A DNA stretch of 64,000 nucleotides from a virus. The notes beneath the pieces are model-generated. The model had not been told where the DNA came from, did no database searches, and saw only the letters and a program-made list of their open reading frames with translations. Location of the stretch: IMG/VR virus record IMGVR_UViG_3300021962_000023, positions 32,001 through 96,000 of that record, one strand, 5' to 3'. Below are positions 38,966 to 48,451 of this stretch, piece by piece; positions within the stretch are counted from its first letter, which is position 1; every line of letters starts with the position of its first letter. A program made the translations under genes and the position numbers.

Positions 38966-40033
38966 TTAAAATTTTGCTATGTGAGAGAATGTGGATTGTA
39001 ACCAGTCCGTAACATTTGGAAATGAATCCAATACACGCGTTTTCAATCCGATTTTTAAAAATTCTTGCTTACTGAATTTATCCGTTGGTTCGTTGTATCT
39101 ATCCATAATTTTCATACGAAGATTACCACTAAATGTTGGTTCAGATAATTGCATCAATTTACGATTTCTTTTTAAGATTTCCAAATTATTCTCAAATAAA
39201 TCGTGAGCTTTTGTTTTCTTTGGTTGCTCTTTGATATATTCTAATAAAGATTCGGTAGTTTGTACTTCCTCTTCTGCTAATATTGGAAATGATTTAATAA
39301 TCGTTTTCAGTCCTAAACCAGTAATACCTTCTACATTATCCGATTTATCACCATCAATCATTCTGAAATTGATAAAATTATGTGGGTGAATACCAAATTC
39401 TTCTTTAACTTCATCAATATTGTAAACTTTCTTTTTAGATGGTGAATATACACTCACATCCTTGTTTACCAATTGTAAGAAGTCCTTATCGGTACTCATT
39501 ATAATAACTTTCTCATTTTCTTGCTTCAATTGAGTAGCAATATATGCAATAACATCATCGGCTTCAATTCCATCATAAATCATAATGGAAACGGGTAGAG
39601 CTGAAAGTAACTCACCTAATCCAACCATTTGGCGTTTCATAGATGCGCTTTCTTCTTCAGGATTCATTTCAACCGAAGCGGCACGATTCAATCTCATTTT
39701 GATTTTGTTCTTACCTCTTTCGGATTTGTAACCCGAATATATATCCTTTCTGCTTTGTGAACCCCCTTTACCATCGAAAACTACGACTACTCTTGTAGGG
39801 TTTAATGTACGGATGGCGTAGCCGATACTTTTTAAAGTACCGACTATTCCTCCAATGTGGTCACCATTATCATTAAGATTTGGTGCAGTTGACCAGGAAC
39901 GAATGAATGTGTTTAATCCATCAATTACTAAAGTTTTTGAATTACGATGTAAATCGCCAAAACCTTTGTGTTCCTCATCTATTTGTTTTAGTATATCTAA
40001 ATACTTTTTGTTAATCTGACTCATTGCCTTCAT
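38966..40033 (-). CDS. 5'-3' exonuclease/FEN, T4 RNase H-like
   Basis: IDGLN.F.R, VFDGKG, YK..R, EADDVIA, STDKDF.Q, GDKSDN..G..G.G.K. Confidence 0.92.
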   Translation of the reverse strand: MKAMSQINKKYLDILKQIDEEHKGFGDLHRNSKTLVIDGLNTFIRSWSTAPNLNDNGDHIGGIVGTLKSIGYAIRTLNPTRVVVVFDGKGGSQSRKDIYSGYKSERGKNKIKMRLNRAASVEMNPEEESASMKRQMVGLGELLSALPVSIMIYDGIEADDVIAYIATQLKQENEKVIIMSTDKDFLQLVNKDVSVYSPSKKKVYNIDEVKEEFGIHPHNFINFRMIDGDKSDNVEGITGLGLKTIIKSFPILAEEEVQTTESLLEYIKEQPKKTKAHDLFENNLEILKRNRKLMQLSEPTFSGNLRMKIMDRYNEPTDKFSKQEFLKIGLKTRVLDSFPNVTDWLQSTFSHIAKF

Positions 40034-41114
40034 CCGTTGTTATTTCAACTTCCTCTGATGCTGATGTTTTGTATTGTAATATAGTTGCTTCACAAATCCT
40101 ACGATAGATTTGGTCTTTCAATTCTTCGTTTTCTAGCATTTTTGCGAAATCTTTGGATTGAAACTTCATAATCTCTCCGGTATCGATATCAGTATATTCG
40201 TACCAAGCACCTGCTTGCTTTACTAATTTACCATCTTTCATAACCGATAACCAACCTCCGTAGTTATCAATACCTCTATCAAAGAAGATATCGAAATCTG
40301 CGTGTCGTAATGGTGGTCCCATACGATTCTTAATAACCTGGCAACGAACTTTAATACCTACGATTTTATCTCCGGCTTTAAGTTGTCCCATATTCTTCAA
40401 ACGAACTCTAACAGAAGCATGGAATGCTAATGCTTTACCACCCGATGTTGTCCAAGGGTCACCAAACATTGCGTTCATCTTTTGTCTTAATTGGTTTGTG
40501 AAGATTAAAGCGATGGATTGTCTACCAATCATATTGGTAATCTTTCTCATTGCCTTACTGATGATAATTGCTTTATCAGTTGCGTAACCATCTTTATCAT
40601 AATCAGCTTCCAACTCTTTTTTAGTTGATGCGGCTGCTACTGAATCGACTACGATTGTAACTAATCTATCCTTATCGCCTTTACGAACCTGCTCAATAAT
40701 TGTTTCACATGCTTCGAAGATACCTTCAACGGTATCAACTGAAACATATAGGAGTTTTGAGATATCTACTCCAATTGCTTCCAAAAATTCTCTACTAACT
40801 GCGGTTTCGGTATCAATCAATACTGCAACACCACCTTTTCGTTGTGTTTCAGCAAGGAGATGGGCGGAGAGCAAAGATTTTCCACTTTGCTCTAAACCCG
40901 TAATCTCACTAATACGTCCTACTGGCAATCCACCATAAGGTCGGTTTGATATTGCTACATCCAACATTGCGTTACCCGTAGATAACCAATCTTTAACATT
41001 TGTAGGGGCATCGCCTCCTTCATCTGTCAGGAAGTATGCAATCTTACCATCCTTATTTTGTTTGTTTAGAGAATCGGCAAGTAAACCTGCTAAATCTTCT
41101 TCTCTTTTTGCCAT
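40011..41114 (-). CDS. recA: RecA/UvsX recombinase
   Basis: GGLPVGRISEITGLEQSGKS, IDTE, VVDSVAA, FTNQLR, GG.AL.F.AS.R. Confidence 0.95.
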   Translation of the reverse strand: MAKREEDLAGLLADSLNKQNKDGKIAYFLTDEGGDAPTNVKDWLSTGNAMLDVAISNRPYGGLPVGRISEITGLEQSGKSLLSAHLLAETQRKGGVAVLIDTETAVSREFLEAIGVDISKLLYVSVDTVEGIFEACETIIEQVRKGDKDRLVTIVVDSVAAASTKKELEADYDKDGYATDKAIIISKAMRKITNMIGRQSIALIFTNQLRQKMNAMFGDPWTTSGGKALAFHASVRVRLKNMGQLKAGDKIVGIKVRCQVIKNRMGPPLRHADFDIFFDRGIDNYGGWLSVMKDGKLVKQAGAWYEYTDIDTGEIMKFQSKDFAKMLENEELKDQIYRRICEATILQYKTSASEEVEITTDEGNESD

Positions 41115-41129
41115 TGTAACTTTTTAATT

Positions 41130-41984
41130 TTAGTTGTTGAATAAATCATCAAATGCCGATGCTACATCATCTTTTGGTGCTGCTGCTTTAGGAGCTTCTG
41201 CTTTTGGAGCCGGAGTTTCCCAAGGCAAGTCACCGAATTCTTGTGTACCACCCAAATCTGCCGATGGTTGTGTTGGTGTTGGTTTTGGTGCTTCCAATGC
41301 CTCATTTACAGGGTTACCTGCGCCGTTAGCGTTTGCTGTTGGGTTTAACCAATTTTCTAATACACCTTTTAATTCATCATAAGATAATTCCTGATATAAT
41401 TCAGTAATTTCTTTTTGTCCATCTAACAATTGTTGAACCTGTGTCGCATCATCTAAGATTTTAGAAGTTGCCGGCTTAACTCTGATTGTAGTTGTTGGAT
41501 AAGCCGCATTTGATTCTTCAGCTGATACTACTTCTAATACGATATCTCTACCAGTAATTGGGTCAGTAATATCTCCGTAATCAGGGTCAGCGATGTATCC
41601 TAAGATGTCCTGATAAACAGTCTTACCAAATCCCCAAAATTTAACACCTTCATTTTCCTTACCACGAACGATAACTGGTGCAAATGTTCTTAACTTTGGC
41701 TCCATCTTCTTACCTGCTTTCCAATCATCAGTATCACCTGTTCGTTTAAGTTTTTCTGCAAACTCTACGATTGGGTCAGGTCTACCAAATGACATTGGAG
41801 ATAAATAAGTTTTGTTGTTAATATTGTAGTGAAAATACAATTCAATAAAAGGATTATCTTTGTTGAATTTGTAAGGTACTAAACGGATTTGAGATTTTCC
41901 GTTTGCCGGTTTCCAGATTGAATCCGACTTTTTTGTGTTGTTTTGAAGAGAGCTAAATCTCTTTAGTGCTAATGAAATGTCCAT
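41130..41984 (-). CDS. Single-stranded DNA-binding protein, T4 gp32-like
   Basis: WKP..G..IRL.P..PF, DPI.E, V.F..FGK, D.D..D...G.D, acidic tail AFDDLFNN. Confidence 0.85.
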   Translation of the reverse strand: MDISLALKRFSSLQNNTKKSDSIWKPANGKSQIRLVPYKFNKDNPFIELYFHYNINNKTYLSPMSFGRPDPIVEFAEKLKRTGDTDDWKAGKKMEPKLRTFAPVIVRGKENEGVKFWGFGKTVYQDILGYIADPDYGDITDPITGRDIVLEVVSAEESNAAYPTTTIRVKPATSKILDDATQVQQLLDGQKEITELYQELSYDELKGVLENWLNPTANANGAGNPVNEALEAPKPTPTQPSADLGGTQEFGDLPWETPAPKAEAPKAAAPKDDVASAFDDLFNN

Positions 41985-42083
41985 TGCTTTTTTGTTTTAA
42001 AGTTTATAAAAATTGTTTAAGTTTTAAGGTTTTATATCGATACTTACCTATATCTAAATATAACCTTTTCGTCTTTTGTTACA

Positions 42084-42115
42084 CAAATATACGAAGTTTT
42101 TTTGGATTTTCCAAA
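42084..42115 (-). promoter_or_regulatory. Bacteroidota sigma-A-type promoter for the SSB gene
   Basis: TTTG-N20-TATATTTG, giving a leader of about 90 nt. Confidence 0.8.
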
Positions 42116-42484
42116 TTATTTTGCCCATTTGTTTCTAGTCACCAATTGTGAGATAACCGAATAAACTGCAAGGTCTTGATAGGTATCTTCAATCGATTCT
42201 CCTACCTCATCTGGCTGACCTAATACTACTAATTGTTTTAATCTTTGGATTTTATCATTTTTTCTGAACCATAATCCACTTAATGATAACTTAACATCTT
42301 CTTTGGTTTGAAGTGCCGTTCCTACCGAAATGTTACCAGGTCCGTAGTTTCGTTGTTTCTTACAAAATGTAACATACATTTCGTCTAAAATGTTTTTGAA
42401 CTCATCCGTCATTTCAGGATATGTTTCTTCGCAATATGAGATTGCGGATACATTTTCAATTGTTGAACCTTTTTCTTTTTCCAT
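42116..42484 (-). CDS. DUF1599 / nucleotide-modification-associated domain 1-like protein
   Basis: KKQ.NYG, R..DKI.RL..L, ES.EDT..DL..Y. Confidence 0.75.
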   Translation of the reverse strand: MEKEKGSTIENVSAISYCEETYPEMTDEFKNILDEMYVTFCKKQRNYGPGNISVGTALQTKEDVKLSLSGLWFRKNDKIQRLKQLVVLGQPDEVGESIEDTYQDLAVYSVISQLVTRNKWAK

Positions 42485-42487
42485 AAC

Positions 42488-42613
42488 TTATTTTTTTAAA
42501 TTCCACTTTTTATTTAAATACTCATAATACTCCTTGTGCTTCCTACCATTGTATAGAAAATACACCAAATGGATATCAATCCAAAATTCGATTTTTTTCA
42601 GTAACTTTTTCAT
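42488..42613 (-). CDS. Small hypothetical protein, 41 aa; missing from ORF track
   Basis: MKKLLKKIEFWIDIHLVYFLYNGRKHKEYYEYLNKKWNLKK fills the gap and overlaps the end of the upstream gene. Confidence 0.55.
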   Translation of the reverse strand: MKKLLKKIEFWIDIHLVYFLYNGRKHKEYYEYLNKKWNLKK

Positions 42614-42917
42614 TTGATTTATTTATTTTTTGTTTAAGTTTCATAGCTAAAGCGCACACTTCATACTCCTCATATTCAACGAGAGTTTTTACATTTTCAT
42701 CCAATAAATCTAAAAATTCTTTACTGTCAATTGCAAGTGTAATTACAATCATACCTCGTACAATGATACGAGCAAAATCGACTTTGTTTTTTTTATTACG
42801 AATTCCAAATTCAATACCTTTAATGATAGCAGTGGATATTTCCATACGATGTGTTTCGAAAATATCCGATGGGTCATTTGCTTGTATTTCGATAGGTTTG
42901 AATCTATTTCTTTTCAT
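42576..42917 (-). CDS. Hypothetical protein
   Basis: ORF directly after a promoter; C-terminal EEYEVCA helix. Confidence 0.6.
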   Translation of the reverse strand: MKRNRFKPIEIQANDPSDIFETHRMEISTAIIKGIEFGIRNKKNKVDFARIIVRGMIVITLAIDSKEFLDLLDENVKTLVEYEEYEVCALAMKLKQKINKSNEKVTEKNRILD

Positions 42918-42921
42918 ATTA

Positions 42922-42953
42922 CAAATATATGAAAAATAAATTAGAATTCCAAA
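42922..42953 (-). promoter_or_regulatory. Bacteroidota sigma-A-type promoter
   Basis: TTTG-N20-TATATTTG. Confidence 0.78.
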
Positions 42954-43348
42954 TCATTAGTATTAAAACTTTTGAAAACTTTTGTAGGGATTTTTTTGTA
43001 ACCTATGTTAGATGTAGTGATTATGCAATTTCTGAATTCATCCCAATCAATCATATATGAATTATCCAACATACCACCTGTTTTTGATTTAACTACTTCG
43101 TTTAAAGCGTTAATGGTATATATGGTATTTGATTGTTTTTTTCTATGTACCAAAATAGTTTTCCATTCTGATGGAATAGCAGATGAACCTTTACCCACAT
43201 TAAATGTAATAAAGGCTTCTTCAGGTTTTATTTTGCTTTCTAAAATGAAAACATTTGGATTTGTTAAAGTATAGTTTGTTAATACAAAACTAACCGATTT
43301 ATCTAACTCTTCCTTTGTCGTAAATAGGCAAAGTAATTGTGTATTCAT
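42941..43348 (-). CDS. Conserved-looking hypothetical phage protein
   Basis: TQLLCLF..HRKKQSNTIYTINALN. Confidence 0.6.
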   Translation of the reverse strand: MNTQLLCLFTTKEELDKSVSFVLTNYTLTNPNVFILESKIKPEEAFITFNVGKGSSAIPSEWKTILVHRKKQSNTIYTINALNEVVKSKTGGMLDNSYMIDWDEFRNCIITTSNIGYKKIPTKVFKSFNTNDLEF

Positions 43349-45399
43349 TATGCTTGATTTATTTTATTGTCTATTTCTTTACAAGCCATCTGAAATTCTT
43401 TTGATGGTAAACATTCTAAAGAAACAGCCCCATTATATCCAACTCCCTTTTCTCTCATTTGAATATTAGCTATTTTTAATGGTTTTGCATTATTACCCTT
43501 TGCTGAATATGTTAATGATGCCACACCATTTGTAACTTTAATACTTAAAAATTCTTTTATATTATCCCACTTATCAGTTCCAAACATTTCTTGCATATGT
43601 TTTTGTGTGATATACATACTATCAATTTGCATTGTTTCAACCCCCTCAACCATTGTTTTAACAGGAATTGCTTCTTGCAATTTTCTCAATAACATACCTT
43701 GGAAATCTTTATTAGTTGCCATTTTTTTAGCAGCTTCTTGCATAAATCCATATGTTATTTCTTTGTGAGATTCTAACCAATCGGTTTTACCAGAATATGC
43801 TCCTAACATTTTATGATAAACCATTACTGCTTTTTTGAAATCCTTTGCACCTCCACCAATATTTTTTGCAAAATCTTCCATATCCATTTGTTTAACACTA
43901 TTTAGATATGATTGAACTCTTAATGCCAATTGAGCTTCATTTTTATCCATAGCTAATGGGTCATTTTTCTTACGGCTTGTACAATCTTCAATTACCTTAT
44001 TAAAATCTTTCTTTGGTATTTCTCTAATCAATCCAAATCCTCTTTGTGCACTTTCTAATTGTGCATCTTGCAACTCTTTATTTTTAATAGGTGCCTTTGA
44101 TAATGCGATTTTAGAATATTCTCTTAATTCTGCATCTTCATTTTTACCAAAACGAGGGTCTTTTGCATCTTTCATATTCTGCAAATCATTAGCTCTACTC
44201 TCTTTTTCCGGTCCTAATGTATAGAACCAGTTTTTAGCTTCACCTAAACCTGCATTTAATAAAAATATTTCCCAATTCTTTTTACAACTGATTTCAATGT
44301 TTTCAATTTGCCCTTTTATTTTAACTTGTGCATTAATATCAGTTGAATCACCTTTATCATCGTAATTTGCACCCAATGCTTCTTGTTGTTGTCTAACATC
44401 CCAAGTCATACCTGTAACTTCCCAATTTCCATCACCATATTGTCTGTTCATATTTTTAATGAACGCATCATGTGCACCTGAAAATTCTTTAATCCAAGTT
44501 TTATCTAATATAGGAGTTCCACCTGCTTTTTCAATTGCATCAGCGTTTTGTACTAATGAATCTATAAATTGATTTCTCAATTGAATACCTTTTGGCGTAT
44601 TTGGAAACGAATATACCGCTTGTAATGCCAACTCGTTAGCTTGTGCTGAAATTTTACCTGCGCCATATTGGTCGGTAATCATACTAATAGGTGGTTCGAA
44701 ATCACCTTGCTTAGACATTTTTAAAATACTTTTTAAAGCATCATATCCAGCTGGTGGTAATTTACTTCTCAACATTGCATCCGATTCTTTTGGATATTCA
44801 TATTTTGTAGTAATACCTTGTGGATATGTTTTCTTAAAATTAGAAAGAGCCTTTTCAGTTGAAACGCCTGATGGTGGTAATGCTTTTAATCTATTTGCTG
44901 CTCTTTTTTGGTCAACTGTTTTAGAACCTCTAGTACCATATTTTTGTTTTGGTGGAGCAACTACTACACCTTTTTTAACATCTACCTCTTTTGATGTAGA
45001 TTGTTTTTTCTTCTCAGCTCCACTCAATCCAATATCAGCTTTTGGTGCAATATTTTGTTTTCCTACATTTGGTTGTGATGGAGTTTCTTTTGGTATCGTA
45101 CCACCATTTTTCTGCTTTGCTTTAGCTATTTCGGCAGGTGTTGGTTTAGTATGATATGTCGGGTCCATCTTCTTAACCACATAGATGTTTCCTGATTTTT
45201 TATTTTTAACTACATCATCTTCATTCAAATACGAAAAATACACTCTAGCTCTTTGTGCAAGATGTGCAGCATCCGATATACCATTCTCTCTTAAAATATC
45301 GATTAAATGATTAACATGAGATTCTTTGTTTAAATCGGGTATTCCCCCATCTACTCTATAACTTAACTCGTCTAATATTTCTTTGAAATTCGGAATCAT
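43348..45399 (-). CDS. Large hypothetical protein, putative head-internal
   Basis: N-terminal module ending in YLNE, then VVKNKKSGN and a low-complexity linker; downstream of a late motif. Confidence 0.5.
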   Translation of the reverse strand: MIPNFKEILDELSYRVDGGIPDLNKESHVNHLIDILRENGISDAAHLAQRARVYFSYLNEDDVVKNKKSGNIYVVKKMDPTYHTKPTPAEIAKAKQKNGGTIPKETPSQPNVGKQNIAPKADIGLSGAEKKKQSTSKEVDVKKGVVVAPPKQKYGTRGSKTVDQKRAANRLKALPPSGVSTEKALSNFKKTYPQGITTKYEYPKESDAMLRSKLPPAGYDALKSILKMSKQGDFEPPISMITDQYGAGKISAQANELALQAVYSFPNTPKGIQLRNQFIDSLVQNADAIEKAGGTPILDKTWIKEFSGAHDAFIKNMNRQYGDGNWEVTGMTWDVRQQQEALGANYDDKGDSTDINAQVKIKGQIENIEISCKKNWEIFLLNAGLGEAKNWFYTLGPEKESRANDLQNMKDAKDPRFGKNEDAELREYSKIALSKAPIKNKELQDAQLESAQRGFGLIREIPKKDFNKVIEDCTSRKKNDPLAMDKNEAQLALRVQSYLNSVKQMDMEDFAKNIGGGAKDFKKAVMVYHKMLGAYSGKTDWLESHKEITYGFMQEAAKKMATNKDFQGMLLRKLQEAIPVKTMVEGVETMQIDSMYITQKHMQEMFGTDKWDNIKEFLSIKVTNGVASLTYSAKGNNAKPLKIANIQMREKGVGYNGAVSLECLPSKEFQMACKEIDNKINQA

Positions 45400-45407
45400 T
45401 ATTTTAT

Positions 45408-45869
45408 TTATCTTTTTGATGCGTAAATTTTTGTAGATTTAGTTTTAACTGCATCATGCGGTCTAAATACTTGGAATCGTGTACCATCTTTAAAAACTAT
45501 ATTTCCACCATGTGGGCTGGTACGAGTATATACACCACTATCTCCCTTACTTAATCTGTTTGCAAGTTCTTCGGCCTCTTTATCTACAAATCCGTGTCTA
45601 TCTTTAACTTCTAAACCTTGTGAAAGAGAGTTAGATACCATTGATACATCTACTTGCTTATCTGCTTTTATATCAGTTATAGATTTATCAGCACCTCCAC
45701 CAAAAACGGATGTTCCTTTAACTTTGGCAGCTTGGCCAGCAGTTGTTGTTTTACCAGCTATCGTAACTTTGGTATCCGGTCTTAATTGGTGTTGTTTATG
45801 ATATGCATCAAATGCGTCCTGATTTCTAAAATCAATTTCTTTTAAGGGGATTAGGTTTACTAATTTCAT
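45408..45869 (-). CDS. Putative head-internal protein with MKLVNLIPLKE leader
   Basis: Short leader ending in LxE; late motif upstream. Confidence 0.45.
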   Translation of the reverse strand: MKLVNLIPLKEIDFRNQDAFDAYHKQHQLRPDTKVTIAGKTTTAGQAAKVKGTSVFGGGADKSITDIKADKQVDVSMVSNSLSQGLEVKDRHGFVDKEAEELANRLSKGDSGVYTRTSPHGGNIVFKDGTRFQVFRPHDAVKTKSTKIYASKR

Positions 45870-45902
45870 ATTTTACGTGTTTATTCCTATATAATTATAT
45901 GA

Positions 45903-45911
45903 TATAAATAT
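45903..45911 (-). promoter_or_regulatory. Putative late promoter motif ATATTTATA
   Basis: Exact copy 34 nt upstream of ATG 45869. Confidence 0.55.
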
Positions 45912-45917
45912 AAATTT

Positions 45918-47186
45918 TTAATCTATTCCAACTAAATTATCGTAATTAGTTCCCTCTTCCACTTTGACAGGGAATCCACCCACCTCCATAATCGACTTTA
46001 CTTCACTCAAAACCCAATCCCTTTCAACAGGATGTGTATCTATAAGAAACGCATCGTAGGTGTACAAAATCATTTTACTCATCTTACCATTCAGTAAATC
46101 TAACACCTTCTCAATCTTCATATAGTTCACTTCAGTTTCCAACGCCTGTAACAAATAGTTGAATACCTTTTGTTCAGTCGCTCCTTCGATTTTTGAGAAA
46201 TGAATTTCCCTCTTATAAAGAGGAGTCGTTAAACGACCGGAAATTACGAACTTTTGGTACAATCCCCTTATATACTTTTCTACTTCCGCAAAGAAAGGTA
46301 TTCTTCTTGCGTTATCATCTAACCCCCCATACAAATATGTGAAGGTTATCTTCTTCGCAGTTTCATAATCACATCCATATAAGTCGGCAAGGTGTTGGTG
46401 AGCGGTAACCCCTTTAGGAAATTCGTATCCAACCAATTTGGCAATCAATCGTATGTGATAAGACTCGTAATCGAATTGTAAGAGAGTACCATTTGGATTT
46501 CTACTAACGAAGCACCCCCTACTCCCATCCGATTTGTTTAAGGCAGAGTAGTTAATGTTTAAGTGTCTATTGGAAGGTCTACCCGTTGTTGTGTATGGAT
46601 TGTATTGTGTGTACACCAATCCTCTTTTGATGTAATCTTTGGAAAGGCTAAAACTATCAATAAATTTTTCTTCTTCGACTTTCACCCCAGCCCCCTCCAG
46701 CCTCCCAAGTGTTCGGATAGCTGATGAATATGTGATTGATGATTGGGTAATCGTATTTGTTACAGGCATTGCTTTTAACACCTCATACCACTTCATTAGA
46801 GGAATACAATCATTCAACTCTTTATAATCGATTCTATACCCCTTATACACCGATTCAGCGAACTCATTGAATATGAATGGTTTACCATATTGTTCAAAGT
46901 ATATCCATTCGTAATCAAGTCCTTTTGTTGCTACATATCTATTTCCTAATACAATTGTATTTTCTGAAACTAATGTATCAATTGGAAATTTCTCAATCTT
47001 TTTTGCATCTATATGATTGATATTGATTATACCATCATTTCCATCGTTCAATCTATAATAGATAAACGATATACGATTCATAAATGGATGTGCTTTGTGG
47101 GAACTCCATACGGGTACTATCAAATCAATTGTTGGATTTGATTTGACAAAAAAATGTAGGGCAGATTTAGTTTCTATTAAATTCAT
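45918..47186 (-). CDS. Divergent family A DNA polymerase domain
   Basis: TTGRPS, motif A FDYESYHIR, motif B AKKITFTYLYG, FNY.LQA.E, motif C LYTYDAF. Confidence 0.8.
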   Translation of the reverse strand: MNLIETKSALHFFVKSNPTIDLIVPVWSSHKAHPFMNRISFIYYRLNDGNDGIININHIDAKKIEKFPIDTLVSENTIVLGNRYVATKGLDYEWIYFEQYGKPFIFNEFAESVYKGYRIDYKELNDCIPLMKWYEVLKAMPVTNTITQSSITYSSAIRTLGRLEGAGVKVEEEKFIDSFSLSKDYIKRGLVYTQYNPYTTTGRPSNRHLNINYSALNKSDGSRGCFVSRNPNGTLLQFDYESYHIRLIAKLVGYEFPKGVTAHQHLADLYGCDYETAKKITFTYLYGGLDDNARRIPFFAEVEKYIRGLYQKFVISGRLTTPLYKREIHFSKIEGATEQKVFNYLLQALETEVNYMKIEKVLDLLNGKMSKMILYTYDAFLIDTHPVERDWVLSEVKSIMEVGGFPVKVEEGTNYDNLVGID

Positions 47187-47192
47187 ACCCTA

Positions 47193-47224
47193 CAAATATA
47201 CAAAAAATATTTTAATTATCCAAA
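47193..47224 (-). promoter_or_regulatory. Bacteroidota sigma-A-type promoter for the PolA-like gene
   Basis: TTTG-N20-TATATTTG. Confidence 0.8.
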
Positions 47225-48001
47225 TTACTCTCCCCAATGTTTTTTACGAAGTTCGTACATATCGATTGCTTCTCTCTTCATTTGGTTACCTGGATGGAAA
47301 TATGCTCCTTTTTTTAAATACCCACCTAAGAAGTTTCTTCTCATTCTATTAGGGTCTCTATTTGGTTCTGAACCGTGTACTACATGGGAGTGTAATAATG
47401 CTACCTGTCCTTTTTTCAAATAACCCTCTACCTTACGGAAATCATGTCCTTCTGGCATTACACAACTTTTACCTCTTTCACTTCTCCAGTTATCAGTATT
47501 TGTTGCTTTTCTTTCTTCGTTATCTTCAATTGGTAAAACTGGTAATCTATGTGAACCTTCATAGTTCCATACTGCTCCGTTTTCAGGGTCGTGATTATCT
47601 AATGCTAATGCGGTATTGATAATCTCATTGTGTCCACATCCTGTGTAAAATGCGTTTTGATGTTGGTCTCTTCCTAATTCACCTTTTGGTTTGTAATATC
47701 CCCAAGTTTGTAAACCAACAACTTCTCCTTCCATTAAGAATTCAGCTGCTTCCATAATTTTTGGATGTGCAAATAATTTTTCAATTAAAGCAGATTCTCT
47801 ATGTGGATACATAATAGGTTCGAACTCTTGCCATTTGCCAGGTTCTCTTTCATTACGCTCTACACGTAATCTATCTAATTCTACATTGATTTCATCCACT
47901 TCAGTTTCAGTAAGTAATTCTAAAACAGTGAATCCACGATATCTCCAATCAAATGACATTTGTTGAAGTTCTTCCGTTGTAAGATGTTTGTATTGTGCCA
48001 T
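47225..48001 (-). CDS. PhyH-family Fe(II)/2-oxoglutarate dioxygenase
   Basis: GF.V, KP.G, HQN, ALD...ENGA....GSH, H..VVHGS.PN...R.R. Confidence 0.88.
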   Translation of the reverse strand: MAQYKHLTTEELQQMSFDWRYRGFTVLELLTETEVDEINVELDRLRVERNEREPGKWQEFEPIMYPHRESALIEKLFAHPKIMEAAEFLMEGEVVGLQTWGYYKPKGELGRDQHQNAFYTGCGHNEIINTALALDNHDPENGAVWNYEGSHRLPVLPIEDNEERKATNTDNWRSERGKSCVMPEGHDFRKVEGYLKKGQVALLHSHVVHGSEPNRDPNRMRRNFLGGYLKKGAYFHPGNQMKREAIDMYELRKKHWGE

Positions 48002-48018
48002 AACTTATTTAGTTTATA

Positions 48019-48027
48019 TATAAATAT
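48019..48027 (-). promoter_or_regulatory. Putative late promoter motif inside a (TA)n inverted repeat
   Basis: ATATTTATA 18 nt upstream of ATG 48001. Confidence 0.5.
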
Positions 48028-48072
48028 ATATAAGATTTTTTATCAAAAAGAATAAAATCTAAATGATTTTTA

Positions 48073-48447
48073 TCATTTGTAAAATTGTAAAAGATTAGGT
48101 AAATATAATCCTATATTGTTTAGTTTACTACTTACCAATCTAATAGATGCGGTATTGGATGATTGTACACTTATATCCGATATATTTCCATTTGAATCAT
48201 ATACAGTACTCAAAGGACCTTTGATTCTCCACTTCATATCTTCTACTTTCCAAAATGGCGATTCATTTAATTCGGAATATACTTCTCTATCTACTTCGTA
48301 AATATGTCCATAGATATCATTTGCTTTTTGAGCAAAATATCTTCTAATGTAACCAGATTCATAATCGCTATCAGTTGGGGATGGTACGATTGTTTTTGGA
48401 ATCTCTATTTTAAATAAATCTAAATTATTAGCAATATCTTTATACAT
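48073..48447 (-). CDS. Hypothetical protein, baseplate-associated
   Basis: Position at the end of the baseplate block; P.PT..DY..G.I.RYF. Confidence 0.5.
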   Translation of the reverse strand: MYKDIANNLDLFKIEIPKTIVPSPTDSDYESGYIRRYFAQKANDIYGHIYEVDREVYSELNESPFWKVEDMKWRIKGPLSTVYDSNGNISDISVQSSNTASIRLVSSKLNNIGLYLPNLLQFYK

Positions 48448-48451
48448 ATTT

